Part shown: positions 1 through 9,458 of the stretch, piece by piece
Layout: the number at the start of each line of letters is the position of its first letter
Position numbering within the stretch: the stretch's first letter is position 1
DNA from: Deltaproteobacteria bacterium
GTDB lineage: Bacteria; Myxococcota_A; Polyangia; JACRCY01
Reading direction: 5' to 3'
Assembly (NCBI GenBank): GCA_016218785.1
Contig: JACRCY010000058.1
Coordinates: 1-37,699 of the forward strand
DNA length: 37,699 nucleotides
The notes under the pieces: model-generated
Told to the model about the DNA's origin: nothing
The model's input: the letters and a program-made list of their open reading frames with translations, nothing else
The model's database searches: none
Program-made: the position numbers and the translations under genes

Positions 1-1092
1 CCACGGCCAGTAGCCCGAGACGTGCGCGTAGTGGAACGGCCGGCGCGCGGCCTGCAGCAGGGCCGCGACGAGGTCGCGGCGGCTCTCGCCGGGCAGCCCG
101 ATCATGAAGTAGCCGGTCACCACCAGGCCGCGGCGCTTGGCGGCTGCGATCACGCCCCGCAGGCGCGCGGTCTCGATCGGGCGGCCGAGCTCCTGCCGCA
201 CTCGCTCGCTGCCGCTCTCGACCCCGAGGGCCAGGCGCTGTACCCCCGAGGCGGCCATGTCGTCGAGCAAGTCCTCGTCGAGCAGGTCGGCGCGGACCCC
301 GTTGGGCAGCTCGAGGATCGCGCCCGGGAGCCGGTGCCGAACGCCCTCCAGCAGCGCCGCGAACCAGGCGCGGTCGGCGAGCGGCTGCTCGTCCTCGAGG
401 AAGAAGCCGGTCACGTCCGCGTCGGCGGCCAGCGCGGTCATCTCGTCGAGGACGGCCGCGACGGGCCGGGCCCGGTGGCCGCCGGGCCGCCGGGGGACCG
501 GGCAGAAGGTGCAGGCGAACGGGCAGCCGCGCGATCCCTCGATCGCCGCGTAGCGCCGGCCCGCGCGGAGGGCGTGCCCCGAGTAGGCGGCGAGCGGGAA
601 GACCTCGCGATCGGCCGCGGGGATCCGCCCGGGCCGGAGCACGCCGCCCGGGGCGGTCTGCACGCGGCCGGCCTCTTCTCGGACCCACGCCCCGGCCACG
701 GGGCGCGACGCGCGCTCACCGGCGGCGAGCAGCGCTGGGACCACGGCCTCCGCATCACCCGTGACCGCGGCGTCGGCCCCGCCGGGTCCCACGAACCTGG
801 CCGGCGCGACCGCGGCCGCGGTCCCCACGACCGCCACGCGCCGGACCCCGCGCCGGCGCAGGTCGTCGACGAGGCGGAGGACCGTGCCGACGTTGCGGAT
901 GGAGCTGTCCACGACGGCGAAGCCCGGAGCGGGCCCGGCGAGGCACGCTAGGCCGCCCGGGGCGAGCCGCAGGTCGAGCCCGACGCAGTCGCTCCCGGCC
1001 GCGCGCAGCGCGGTGGCCAGCGACGCGAGGCCGAGCGGGTAGCAGGCCTCGAGCGCCACCTCCGGGGCTACGAGCAGGACGCGGTCGCTCAT
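1..1092 (-). CDS. B12-binding (class B) radical SAM enzyme, 3' end cut by window edge
   Basis: Not in the ORF track because its stop lies beyond position 1. Manual minus-strand translation from ATG 1092..1090 is open to position 1: MSDRVLLVAPEVALEACYPLGLASLATALRAAG... It has a Rossmann-like B12 region (VAVVGTAAAV..GDAEAVV), the rSAM motif IEGSRGCPFACTFC, GVESGSERV and IGLPGES. The start overlaps the upstream stop as ATGA (1089..1092). Confidence 0.85.
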   Translation of the reverse strand, partial: MSDRVLLVAPEVALEACYPLGLASLATALRAAGSDCVGLDLRLAPGGLACLAGPAPGFAVVDSSIRNVGTVLRLVDDLRRRGVRRVAVVGTAAAVAPARFVGPGGADAAVTGDAEAVVPALLAAGERASRPVAGAWVREEAGRVQTAPGGVLRPGRIPAADREVFPLAAYSGHALRAGRRYAAIEGSRGCPFACTFCPVPRRPGGHRARPVAAVLDEMTALAADADVTGFFLEDEQPLADRAWFAALLEGVRHRLPGAILELPNGVRADLLDEDLLDDMAASGVQRLALGVESGSERVRQELGRPIETARLRGVIAAAKRRGLVVTGYFMIGLPGESRRDLVAALLQAARRPFHYAHVSGYWPW

Positions 1093-2558
1093 CGCCGCAC
1101 GAACAGGGTCTTCAGCGCCTGCGCCACCAGGTAGCGCTCGGTCTCGAAGTTGAAGAGGAGGTTGACGTGCTTCAGCCGGGCGTAGCGCAGGAGGTAGCCC
1201 GGCCGCAGCACGAAGGCCCGGTAGAGCCGGCGCTGCCACGTCGCCATCTCGGCATCGCTCTCGGCGGAGAGGTTGCTCGACTTCTCGTAGTGCTGGAATT
1301 CGTCCCAGCGGGCCTCCCGGTCCGCGAAGTAGTGCTCGTAGGCGGTCGAGCCCGGGTAGCAGGTGAAGTTCGCCACCTGCACGATGTCGGGGACGAGCCG
1401 GTGCATCAGGGCCACGGTGCGCTCGAAGTCCACGATGGTCTCGCTCGGGGAGCCGACCAGGAAGAAGGCGACCCGCAGCAGGCCGGCCTCGCGCGCCAGC
1501 CGGAAGGCCGCCTCGATCTCCGGCACGGTCATGCGCTTCTCGAGCGTCTCCAGGATGGGCGGCGAGCCGCTCTCGACCCCGAAGCTGATCGTCGAGCAGC
1601 CGGCCGCGCGCATGGCGCGGAACATCTCCAGGTCGCCGGGGGTGGCGCGTCCCTGCGCCTTCCAAGAGAGGCGCACGCCGCTCGAGCGGATCGCCTCGCA
1701 CAGCTCCATGACGCGGTCGCGACGCAGGTTGAACACGTCGTCGGTGAAGACCAGCACGTTGACGCCGCGCCGCTCGAGGTAGCGCATCTCCTCGACGACG
1801 TTCGCGGCCGCGCGCGCGCGCAGGGGCGTGCCGAAGGAGGTGCGGAGCGTCTTGGAGCAGTAGATGCACGGGAACGGACACCCGCGGCTGCTCTGGATGA
1901 AGCCCCAGCGGTACCGCCCCACGTGGCGCATGGGGTGCAGGTGGCGGTAGAGCCGGCTCCGGAAGAAGTCGTGGCTCGGGTAGGGCAGGGCGTCGAGGTC
2001 GGTGATGAGCGGGCGCTCGCCATGCGAGACCGGCTTGCCGTCCTGGAGGGTGATGGTCCCGCGCACCCGCAGGTCGCCGCCGGAGCGCGCCGCGCCGAGC
2101 ACCTCGGCCACGGTCTCCTCGAACTCCCCGGCGACCCCGACGTCGACGGGCGAGCCCGGGAAGAGCAGCGACTCGGGGACCGCGTCCACGTGCTGCCCGC
2201 AGGCGACGGTGAGCGTCTGCGGACGCGCCTCCTTGGCCGCGCGGGCGAGCCAGAGGAGGTGGTCGGCCGCCGGGGTGATGCCCGAGAGCACGACGACTTC
2301 GGGGCGCGCGCTGCGCAGCGCCTCGGCCACCGCGTCGAGCGTGAAGGCGCCGGTCTCGAGGTCGAGGATGGCGGCGCGGTAGCCCTGGCGACGCGCCAGC
2401 GCGGCCGCGTAGCCGAGGTCCAAGGGGGCCTCGCAGTTCTCGGGGTGCCGCAGGTCGTTGCCCAGCCACGACGGGACTCGCAGCAGCAGCGCGAGCGGCG
2501 CGGCGCCGGAGAGGTCGACGGTGATCCCGAGCGCCCGGTGCAGCAGCTCCTCGAGCAT
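1089..2558 (-). CDS. B12-binding (class B) radical SAM enzyme (BchE/P-methylase-like family)
   Basis: ORF 1089..2756 trimmed to ATG 2558 (MLEELLHRALGITV). The Arg/Pro-rich 66-aa extension lies inside the upstream gene. Motifs: VVVLSGITPAADHLL, LDALPYPSHD, SSRGCPFPCIYC (CX3CX2C), FGVESGSPPILE, FLVGSPSET, C-terminal YRAFVLRPGYLLRY. TGATG 1-nt overlap with the upstream stop. Confidence 0.9.
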   Translation of the reverse strand: MLEELLHRALGITVDLSGAAPLALLLRVPSWLGNDLRHPENCEAPLDLGYAAALARRQGYRAAILDLETGAFTLDAVAEALRSARPEVVVLSGITPAADHLLWLARAAKEARPQTLTVACGQHVDAVPESLLFPGSPVDVGVAGEFEETVAEVLGAARSGGDLRVRGTITLQDGKPVSHGERPLITDLDALPYPSHDFFRSRLYRHLHPMRHVGRYRWGFIQSSRGCPFPCIYCSKTLRTSFGTPLRARAAANVVEEMRYLERRGVNVLVFTDDVFNLRRDRVMELCEAIRSSGVRLSWKAQGRATPGDLEMFRAMRAAGCSTISFGVESGSPPILETLEKRMTVPEIEAAFRLAREAGLLRVAFFLVGSPSETIVDFERTVALMHRLVPDIVQVANFTCYPGSTAYEHYFADREARWDEFQHYEKSSNLSAESDAEMATWQRRLYRAFVLRPGYLLRYARLKHVNLLFNFETERYLVAQALKTLFVRR

Positions 2559-4012
2559 CAGCCAGTCCTCCGCCGCCCGGGCAGCACGCGGCGCAGCTCC
2601 TGGAGCGCGTAGCGCGCCATGGTCAGGTTCGCGGTCGAGACGACGAGCTTGCCGTACTCCCATAGGTAGTGAGGCCGCAGGTAGAGCCGCCGCACCACCC
2701 GGTCGCGCGCGGCGACGAGGTCGTCGTGGGTGCGCGTCCAGGGGAGCCGCACCCACGGCACCGGGCCGCCCGCCACGGACCAGTCCCCCACCAGGGTGCC
2801 CGCGGCGCGCGCCGCGTCGTAGACCGCCGTCCCCGGGTAGGGCGTCAGGATCGAGAAGCCGGCCGTGGTCGGCCGCATGCGCCGCACGACGTCGAAGGTC
2901 TCGCGGATGGTGTCGTCGGTCTCCCCGGGGTAGCCGATGATCCAGCTGGTGTGGCAGTTGATGCCGTGCCGCATGATCGCGGCGGCGCCCGCGAGGAGCT
3001 GGTCGACGGACTCACGCTTGTTCATGGCCTTGAGGATACGCGGCGAGCCCGACTCGGCCCCGACGCTCATCTGGTAGACGTTGGCGGCCAGGGCGGCCCG
3101 GAGCAGCCGGTCGGTGACGACGTCGGCGCGCGACTTGATGCGGAGCGAGATGCCGAGCCGCTCGCGCTCCAGGCGCGCGAAGAAGGTGAGGGCGCGCTCC
3201 TCGCTGGCGGTGAAGTTGGCGTCGAGGATCTCGACGTTGCGGACGCCCAGGTCGCGGAGGCGCTGGAGCTCGTCGAGGCAGCCGTCGATCGAGCGGTAGC
3301 GCATCTGGCGCGCGGGGTTGCAGCAGAAGTGGCAGTCGAACGGGCAGCCCCGGCTCGTGATGAGGCAGTCGATGTGGCGGTGCGGTACCAGCACCGCGTA
3401 GTAGCGCCGCCGCGCGTAGACCTCGGCGACCAGGTCGCGCGCCGGGAGCGGCACCGCGTCGAGGTCGCGGATGGTCTGGTAGCTGCGGTCAGCCGGCTGC
3501 CCCCGTGAGACGAGGCCCGGTACGGGGCCAGGGGGCTCGTCCCCCGCTCCGACGGTGCGGGCGAGCGCGACCAGGCTGTCCTCGGCCTCGCCCACGAGCA
3601 CGTGGTCGATCTCGGGCAGCTCGGCCAGGATCCGCTCGGGCACGGCCGAGGCGTGCGGCCCGCCCGCGACCAGGGTGGCGTCGGGCAGGGCGCGGCGCAG
3701 CGCCCGCACCAGGCGGGCCGTCGCCACCAGGGTCTCGGCGCAGAAGGGGACGCCCACCAGGAACGGGCGTGACCACGCCACCTCGCGAACCACGGCCTCG
3801 TCGTCGAGCCGGAGCGCGTTGGCATCGACCACGCGCGCGTCGAAGCCGGCGCGCTGCAGGCTCGCGCCGAGATAGAGTAGGCCGAGGGGCGGGAAGCACT
3901 TCTGGCCGATCTCGTCGGCGTAGGTCGCCTTGGGGTTGATGAGCGCGACCGCGCCGGCCCTGGTCCCGGTGGCCTTGAGCGTCAGCGTCCTCGCCGCGCC
4001 GGGCGTGGTCAT
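2558..4012 (-). CDS. B12-binding (class B) radical SAM enzyme
   Basis: ORF 2558..4150 trimmed to ATG 4012 (MTTPGAARTLTLK). Motifs: PPLGLLYLGASLQRAGF, LVAGGPHASA, LDAVPLPARD, TSRGCPFDCHFC, VGAESGSPRIL, IIGYPGETDDT, RRLYLRPHYLWEY. ATGA overlap with the upstream DUF362 gene stop (4009..4012). Confidence 0.9.
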   Translation of the reverse strand: MTTPGAARTLTLKATGTRAGAVALINPKATYADEIGQKCFPPLGLLYLGASLQRAGFDARVVDANALRLDDEAVVREVAWSRPFLVGVPFCAETLVATARLVRALRRALPDATLVAGGPHASAVPERILAELPEIDHVLVGEAEDSLVALARTVGAGDEPPGPVPGLVSRGQPADRSYQTIRDLDAVPLPARDLVAEVYARRRYYAVLVPHRHIDCLITSRGCPFDCHFCCNPARQMRYRSIDGCLDELQRLRDLGVRNVEILDANFTASEERALTFFARLERERLGISLRIKSRADVVTDRLLRAALAANVYQMSVGAESGSPRILKAMNKRESVDQLLAGAAAIMRHGINCHTSWIIGYPGETDDTIRETFDVVRRMRPTTAGFSILTPYPGTAVYDAARAAGTLVGDWSVAGGPVPWVRLPWTRTHDDLVAARDRVVRRLYLRPHYLWEYGKLVVSTANLTMARYALQELRRVLPGRRRTG

Positions 4013-5592
4013 GCCCCGCTCCCCCCGGCCACCTTGCTGACGTCGAGGCCCTCGGCGCGCTGCCGGAGGACGCCCCGCAGCGGCCACGGCGTCCGCAGCC
4101 GCATGGCGCCGGTGGGGCACTGCTCGTGGCAGGCGTAGCAGTCGATGCACTTCTCGCTGATGACCGCGCGGCGGCCCTCGAACCGGATGGCGTCAACCGG
4201 GCACACCTCCACGCAGCGGTGCTGTCCCGTGCACCGCGACGGATCGTGCTCCGGGAGCACGATCCGACCCCGCATCCAGTAGTGCGCCCGGGCCGCTAGG
4301 AGGGAGCGCTCCTTCAGGCCCGGCGGGCAGCCTGGCGCGGGCTCGGCGCAGCGCGGGAGCGGGTCGCCCTGCAGCACGGCGCCGTCGAGCGTCGCCGGCC
4401 CGACGCGGCGCTGGGCCGCAGCGCGGATGGTGGGCACGCTGCCCGGGTCGAGTCCGAGCACGCGGGCGCAGGCGACGTCCACGGCGGTCAGGTCGCCCCC
4501 GGCCACCACGAGGCCGGGGCGACGGACGACGGGCTGGTCGCGGCCGTCGCGGCCGGCGAGCGCCCACACGGCGTCCACGACGGCCCCCTCCAGGTGGGCG
4601 CCGCCCGCGTCGAGGGCCAGGAACAGATCGATGATGCCATGCGCGAAGTCGCGGGGCGCGGGCGCCGTCACGTGCAGCGCGCACTTGGTCGCGCCCGGCA
4701 TGACGCCGACCAGGTTCTTCATCGCCGCGGAGATCACGGTGAGCGAGTGCGCCTTGAGCTTGGGCACCTGGACCACGGCGTCCACCTCGAAGAGCACCCG
4801 CGGGAGCACGAACGACCGCCGGATCATGCCGGTCACGGGGACCGTCGCGAAGGGCCCGGCGTCGAGGTTGACCACCGTGCCGCCGGCCGCGCGCACGGCG
4901 GCCGCTACTCCCGACGCCTCGAAGACCTCGTCGGTGAAGCCGAGCAGCCCCGAGGAGTCGCCCACCAGCACCTCGGATCCCGCGGCCACGAGCGCGCCGG
5001 TGAGCGCCCCCACGAAGTCGGGGTGCGTGTTGGTGCACCGCTCGGGCGCGGCCCCCTTCATCAGGTTGGGCTTGAGCAGGACCCGCTTGCCCCGGAGCCG
5101 GTCGCCGAGCCCGGACGAGGCGAGCGCCCGCTCGATGGCGGCGCGACTCTCCGCGTACGTCGCGCAGCCATGCACAGAAACGGTCGGCCCCATCGCGTCG
5201 GGTGCGCGCAGCCGCGCGACCCTCGTCACTCGATACCACGCGCCCCACCCCCGCGCAACTCGGCGGCGCCTCGTCGTCAGTCGGCGCCCCCGCCGGCGCG
5301 GGCCCTCGGCCCAGGTTGCACCCAGCGGGCAGCTGGCGCTAAGGCGCCCGGCCTGAATAGTCTTGCCCACTCGCGCCTGCGCCACGTCGGCGCCGCGCAC
5401 GCGGATAGGACCGTCAGTGCTGCGGATCGTGAGGCGCCCGTCGCTCGCCAGATCGACGAAGCGCTCGGTGACGACGGCGCGGTGGCTCTGCTTCTCCGCG
5501 GGCGGGCGCCGGCGGCCGCAGGAGCAACCGGCGCCGCTGGCGGCGATGACGGCCAGGAGGGCGGTCAGCAGGAAGGACGTCGGACGGCGCAC
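4009..5592 (-). CDS. DUF362-domain protein with C-terminal 4Fe-4S ferredoxin domain; possible Tat/lipoprotein-type N-terminal extension (start uncertain: 5592 or 5193)
   Basis: ORF 4009..5685. The DUF362-like core starts at ATG 5193 (MGPTVSVHGCATYAESRAAIERAL, LLKPNLM, VPKLKAHSLT). Ferredoxin motifs: CVEVCPVDAI and CIDCYACHEQCP. The in-frame upstream segment is coding-like by my hand count of third-position G/C (19/20 at 5521-5580, 16/20 at 5401-5460). After GTG 5592 (AGGA 8 nt upstream) it encodes VRRPTSFLLTALLAVIAASGAGC. Confidence 0.65.
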   Translation of the reverse strand: MRRPTSFLLTALLAVIAASGAGCSCGRRRPPAEKQSHRAVVTERFVDLASDGRLTIRSTDGPIRVRGADVAQARVGKTIQAGRLSASCPLGATWAEGPRRRGRRLTTRRRRVARGWGAWYRVTRVARLRAPDAMGPTVSVHGCATYAESRAAIERALASSGLGDRLRGKRVLLKPNLMKGAAPERCTNTHPDFVGALTGALVAAGSEVLVGDSSGLLGFTDEVFEASGVAAAVRAAGGTVVNLDAGPFATVPVTGMIRRSFVLPRVLFEVDAVVQVPKLKAHSLTVISAAMKNLVGVMPGATKCALHVTAPAPRDFAHGIIDLFLALDAGGAHLEGAVVDAVWALAGRDGRDQPVVRRPGLVVAGGDLTAVDVACARVLGLDPGSVPTIRAAAQRRVGPATLDGAVLQGDPLPRCAEPAPGCPPGLKERSLLAARAHYWMRGRIVLPEHDPSRCTGQHRCVEVCPVDAIRFEGRRAVISEKCIDCYACHEQCPTGAMRLRTPWPLRGVLRQRAEGLDVSKVAGGSGA

Positions 5593-5786
5593 GGTCGGGA
5601 TCCTGGCAGGACACCGTAGCGGCCACGGCTGGTCGGCGGACCCGTGGGAATCGGTGTTACCATGTGCCGATGGTCGGCCGCGCATCCGGGAGGCTCGCGC
5701 CTACGGGGAGCCTCGTGCGGCGGCCCCGCGCGCGCGCACGCACTTGGCATCCACCCTGGCGTCCCCGCCCGACGCTCGCCGTGATC

Positions 5787-7799
5787 ATGGCCCTGATCGC
5801 CGGCGCCGCCGTGCTGCAGGCCACCGTCGCCCGGGCGCAGTCCTACGTCATCCCACCCGGCCAGGAGGCGCTGCTGGCGGAGATGCTCGGGCGCGAGGCG
5901 GCGCTTCCCGACGGCTGCCGGTGGGCGCGGGCGTCCATCGACCTGTCGGTGGCCACGTCACACTACCTGTGCGGGTCGCCCGCGCGCGCCGTCTCCCTCA
6001 TACTGCGGCACCAGCAGGCCCCGGTTGCGGCGGGCGTGGCGACGCGCCATTTCGTCATCGGCCGCGGCGAGGGATCGCCCCCCGACGCGCTGCTCGCCGC
6101 CGTGGCGGAGCGCGTGCGCGCGAATGAGGGCCGGTGGCGCTGGGCCAAGGTCACCGAGCCGCCCCCGGTGCGGCTGCGTCCGGGGCAGTCGGTCCTCGCC
6201 TGGTTCGCCCGCTGGGACGTCGCCGTGCCCGCGCTCGCGTGGCTCGTTCTGCTGGCGTGGCTCGCGGCGAATGCCCGTCGACTGGTGGCGGCGCGACGCG
6301 ATGCGCTCGTCGCCGCGGCGTGCTTCGTCGTGGCCGCCGCAGTGGGGCTCGCGGTGCCATGGGGGCCGCTCGATTTCGCGGAACCCGAGCGACTGCAGGC
6401 GCTCTGGTCGACCTCGCCCGACCTCCAGGAGGACTTCGTCGCCATCACGCTCCCGCTCCAGCTCTTGCAGGCTGCCGGTGTCCCGGGAGGGGCGCTTGTG
6501 CGGGTCATCGGTCCTTTGTGGGGCGCGCTGTCCGTGACCGTCACCTACCTACTCGCGCGGAGCCTGGGCGCCGGCCGTCTGCCGTCGCTGGTCGCCGCGG
6601 CGGCGGTCTGTCTCCTGCCGGCGCACCTGCGGTACTCCGGGACAGTGCCCTTCACCATCGCCGGGGGGGCGCTCCTGGCCGGGGCCTGCGCGGTGGCCTG
6701 CAGCCGCTTCTCGCCCTGGCGCAAGCTGCCGTTCGTCGCGGCGGCGACGGTTCTGGCCGGGTACGCGCGTCCGGAGCTCGTCCTCACCGCCGCACCGCTG
6801 TCGCTCCTGGTGCTGGCGGACGGGCCGTGGGCGGTGCGGGCCGCGTGGGTGGCGCTGCTGCTCGTGGCGCTCGGCCCCCACGCATGGGACGTCGGCTTCC
6901 ATCGCACCCGGCCCGAGTTCACCGGGGGCTGGGGTGAGTTCGCGGTCGCTTCGCTGTGGGGCGCGCGCCTGGGAGCGGGCGCGCTCCTCGCCGTGGGCGC
7001 GGTCGGTCTGCTGGCGGGGCGTGCCCGATGGCTGCACCGCGCGGCACTGGCGTCGGCCGTGGCGGTGCTCGCCTGGGCCTACGCGCGGACGATCATGGAG
7101 GAGAACCCCCTTTGGGGACACTGGCGCTACGTCCTGTCCGGCGTGCCCCTGCTTGCGGTGGGCTTGGCCCTCCTGCTCGAGCGCGTGACGAACGCCAGGG
7201 CGAAACGGATCGCTGCGGCAACCGCGGCCGCCGTGCTGGTCGGGGCGCTATGGCTCGCACGCGAGGCGGTGACTCGTCCCATCGACATTCAGGTGGATTT
7301 TCAGTACGCGCGCGCCAGCGTCGGGAACGTCGTGTCGCGCTACCGGCACGTCGCGGTCGTGACGAGCGACGACCTGACCGGCTCGGCGCGCCGGAGCATG
7401 ATGGACGCGACGTCGTTGATGGCGTTTGGCCTCCGCCTGGGCCCCCTGGCGCGACCGGTCGAATGCCGAGCACAGCCGCTCCAGGCCGGGGTTCAGGTCT
7501 GGTCGCTCCGCGCGCTCCTCACGCGCTGTCCGGAGGCGCCGTCGCTCGCCGCCGCCGCCGTCTACCTGGGCGCCTACCGACCCGAGGCGGAGTTGGCCGC
7601 GCTCCGGGGCCGCTTCACGCTCGTGCCCATCGAAGAGCGCATGGTGTCGGCCGCCCCCGTCGCCCAGCGCTTCGACACCCAGTGTCCGCGGCTGCCCTTC
7701 CGCTTCGTGGGCGGCCGGCTACAGGACTGCCCGCTGCGGCTCGGGTGGTACCGGCTGGCTCCAGCGCCGCTGCCCTCCTCGGCTCCTGCCCGCGAGTAG
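5787..7799 (+). CDS. Polytopic membrane protein, possible GT-C-type glycosyltransferase, with N-terminal soluble module
   Basis: ORF 5664..7799. Start set at ATG 5787 (MALIAGAAVLQATVARAQS, signal/anchor-like); GTG 5781 or 5664 are possible. A ~110-aa soluble segment is followed by many hydrophobic helices (VPALAWLVLLAWLAA, ALVAAACFVVAAAVGLAV, LWGALSVTVTYLLA, AAWVALLLVALGP, LLAVGLALLL) and a ~190-aa C-terminal soluble domain. Function is inferred from topology and neighbours only. Confidence 0.55.
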   Translation: MALIAGAAVLQATVARAQSYVIPPGQEALLAEMLGREAALPDGCRWARASIDLSVATSHYLCGSPARAVSLILRHQQAPVAAGVATRHFVIGRGEGSPPDALLAAVAERVRANEGRWRWAKVTEPPPVRLRPGQSVLAWFARWDVAVPALAWLVLLAWLAANARRLVAARRDALVAAACFVVAAAVGLAVPWGPLDFAEPERLQALWSTSPDLQEDFVAITLPLQLLQAAGVPGGALVRVIGPLWGALSVTVTYLLARSLGAGRLPSLVAAAAVCLLPAHLRYSGTVPFTIAGGALLAGACAVACSRFSPWRKLPFVAAATVLAGYARPELVLTAAPLSLLVLADGPWAVRAAWVALLLVALGPHAWDVGFHRTRPEFTGGWGEFAVASLWGARLGAGALLAVGAVGLLAGRARWLHRAALASAVAVLAWAYARTIMEENPLWGHWRYVLSGVPLLAVGLALLLERVTNARAKRIAAATAAAVLVGALWLAREAVTRPIDIQVDFQYARASVGNVVSRYRHVAVVTSDDLTGSARRSMMDATSLMAFGLRLGPLARPVECRAQPLQAGVQVWSLRALLTRCPEAPSLAAAAVYLGAYRPEAELAALRGRFTLVPIEERMVSAAPVAQRFDTQCPRLPFRFVGGRLQDCPLRLGWYRLAPAPLPSSAPARE

Positions 7800-7901
7800 C
7801 GGCGCCGGGGCGGCTCCCCCGACAGCCAGGACGGCGAGCGCGCCCGGGGTCGTCAGGACCAGCGAGGTAGTCGTCACCGTCGGACGTTAGCGCACGCGGA
7901 T

Positions 7902-9458
7902 CTACAGCAGCTCGACGCGGACGTCCAGGCGACGGCAGCGTGCCGCGACGAGCTGGCGCAAGAGCTCGACCGGGGAGGAGGTGTCACCATGCGGCGCGGC
8001 CCGGGGGGAATCGCCGCCGAGGCACTTCCAGCACTGCTCGTCGTCGAGGGCGCGGTCCATGAGGCAGCGCCGTTCCGGGCCGGGGATGAAGTTCGAGGGC
8101 ACCGCGGCCTGCCGGCGCCAGAGCGCTAGGTGCTCGGCGATCACCGTGCGGGGCACGGACCAGGTCGGGGTCGGTTGCGCGCAGACTTCGACGGGGAGGC
8201 GCGCGGCGGCGGCCGCCGCGGCCGGCGGCACGGCACAGTCCCGCCGCGTCGCAGGCCCGCCACCCCACAGCACGGCGAGAAGGACGAGCCACAGGTAGCT
8301 CGGCCACCGGAGCCACGTGGTGCACATCGAGGGTAGGCCCAGCGCCAAGGCGATCGTGAACGCCGACCACAGGTGGTACCCGTACACCCCGTCGAAGCGC
8401 TTTCCGAGCACGGCCACCGGCGCCGCGACGACAAGCGCGAACAAGAGCAGGAAGCGCAGGGGTGGTCCGCCCCGGCGCAGGCGAAAGAAGAGTAGCAGCG
8501 GAACGACCAGACCTCCCCACGGCATCGACGCGGAGCCGCCGCGATCGCGAAGCCACGGCGTCACCATCTCCGTGCTCGACCGCGCGAGCTGCCGCAGCAT
8601 CGAGCCGGGAGAGAAATCGAGGTTGAAGGGGTGGGCCTCGCGGCTGCAGACCATCGGCAGGAGGGCGTAGACGGTCCACGTCCACAGGAGCGCGTGCGGC
8701 AGCAGTCGCAGGGCCACCGCGCGTGCGTGCGAGCGCCACGAGGGGGCCCGCTCGGCGATCCCGATGGTCAGCTCGTAGGCCACCAGCAGCGCGGGGTAGA
8801 CGATGAACGACTCCTTGTTGCCGACGCCGACCACCACCCCGAGGACCTCGATCACGAGCCACGGCCAGGCACCGGCGCGGGTCAACGCCCGGGCCCGCCG
8901 GAGGTAGCCGAGCGTCACGAGCAGGAACGCCGTCTGCACGAGGAGCTCGGTGAGATTGGACGGGTTGAAGGCGTTGTCGGCGAGGCCCGGAACCGCAACA
9001 AACACGAGCGCGGCGACGCCGGCCCACCGGCGCTCCACGCTCAGGGCCCGGGCGAGCGCGAAGACCAGGCCCGCGTTGAGGAGGTGCACCGCCAGGATGA
9101 CCAGGCCCCAGCGCGCGGCGGAGAGACCGGCGAGGGGCAGGAACGCGGCGATCTCGGGTCCCAGGCCGCCGCGCTGTACCGGCGCGGAGATCCCGAACGC
9201 CCACCCCGGCCGGAGGCCGCGGACGAGGTAGGCCATGTCGATGGTCGCGAAGCACACCTCGGCGACCGCTGCGGCGAGCTGTACGGCGAATGACACGACC
9301 AGGCCGGCGGCGATGCCGGTGAAGATATCCGCCTGGTCGAGTCGTCTCGGTTCGAGGCCCCTGGCGCGGCGGTAGACGAGCAGCGCGGCAGGGGTGAACA
9401 CCATCACCCCGACGACCGCGGCGACCAGCGCGGGTGCGTTGAGAACTACCCGGGGCAT
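7902..9458 (-). CDS. Polytopic membrane protein, likely GT-C (ArnT/PMT-like) glycosyltransferase
   Basis: ORF 7902..9614 trimmed to ATG 9458 (MPRVVLNAPALVAAVVGVMVF). 13-nt overlap with the upstream GT2 gene. At least 10 hydrophobic helices and a Cys-containing C-terminal soluble tail (CAVPP..CAQPT..RRCLMD..EQCWKC). The call rests on the classic pairing of a polyprenyl-phosphate-sugar synthase with a GT-C transferase. Confidence 0.55.
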   Translation of the reverse strand: MPRVVLNAPALVAAVVGVMVFTPAALLVYRRARGLEPRRLDQADIFTGIAAGLVVSFAVQLAAAVAEVCFATIDMAYLVRGLRPGWAFGISAPVQRGGLGPEIAAFLPLAGLSAARWGLVILAVHLLNAGLVFALARALSVERRWAGVAALVFVAVPGLADNAFNPSNLTELLVQTAFLLVTLGYLRRARALTRAGAWPWLVIEVLGVVVGVGNKESFIVYPALLVAYELTIGIAERAPSWRSHARAVALRLLPHALLWTWTVYALLPMVCSREAHPFNLDFSPGSMLRQLARSSTEMVTPWLRDRGGSASMPWGGLVVPLLLFFRLRRGGPPLRFLLLFALVVAAPVAVLGKRFDGVYGYHLWSAFTIALALGLPSMCTTWLRWPSYLWLVLLAVLWGGGPATRRDCAVPPAAAAAAARLPVEVCAQPTPTWSVPRTVIAEHLALWRRQAAVPSNFIPGPERRCLMDRALDDEQCWKCLGGDSPRAAPHGDTSSPVELLRQLVAARCRRLDVRVELL

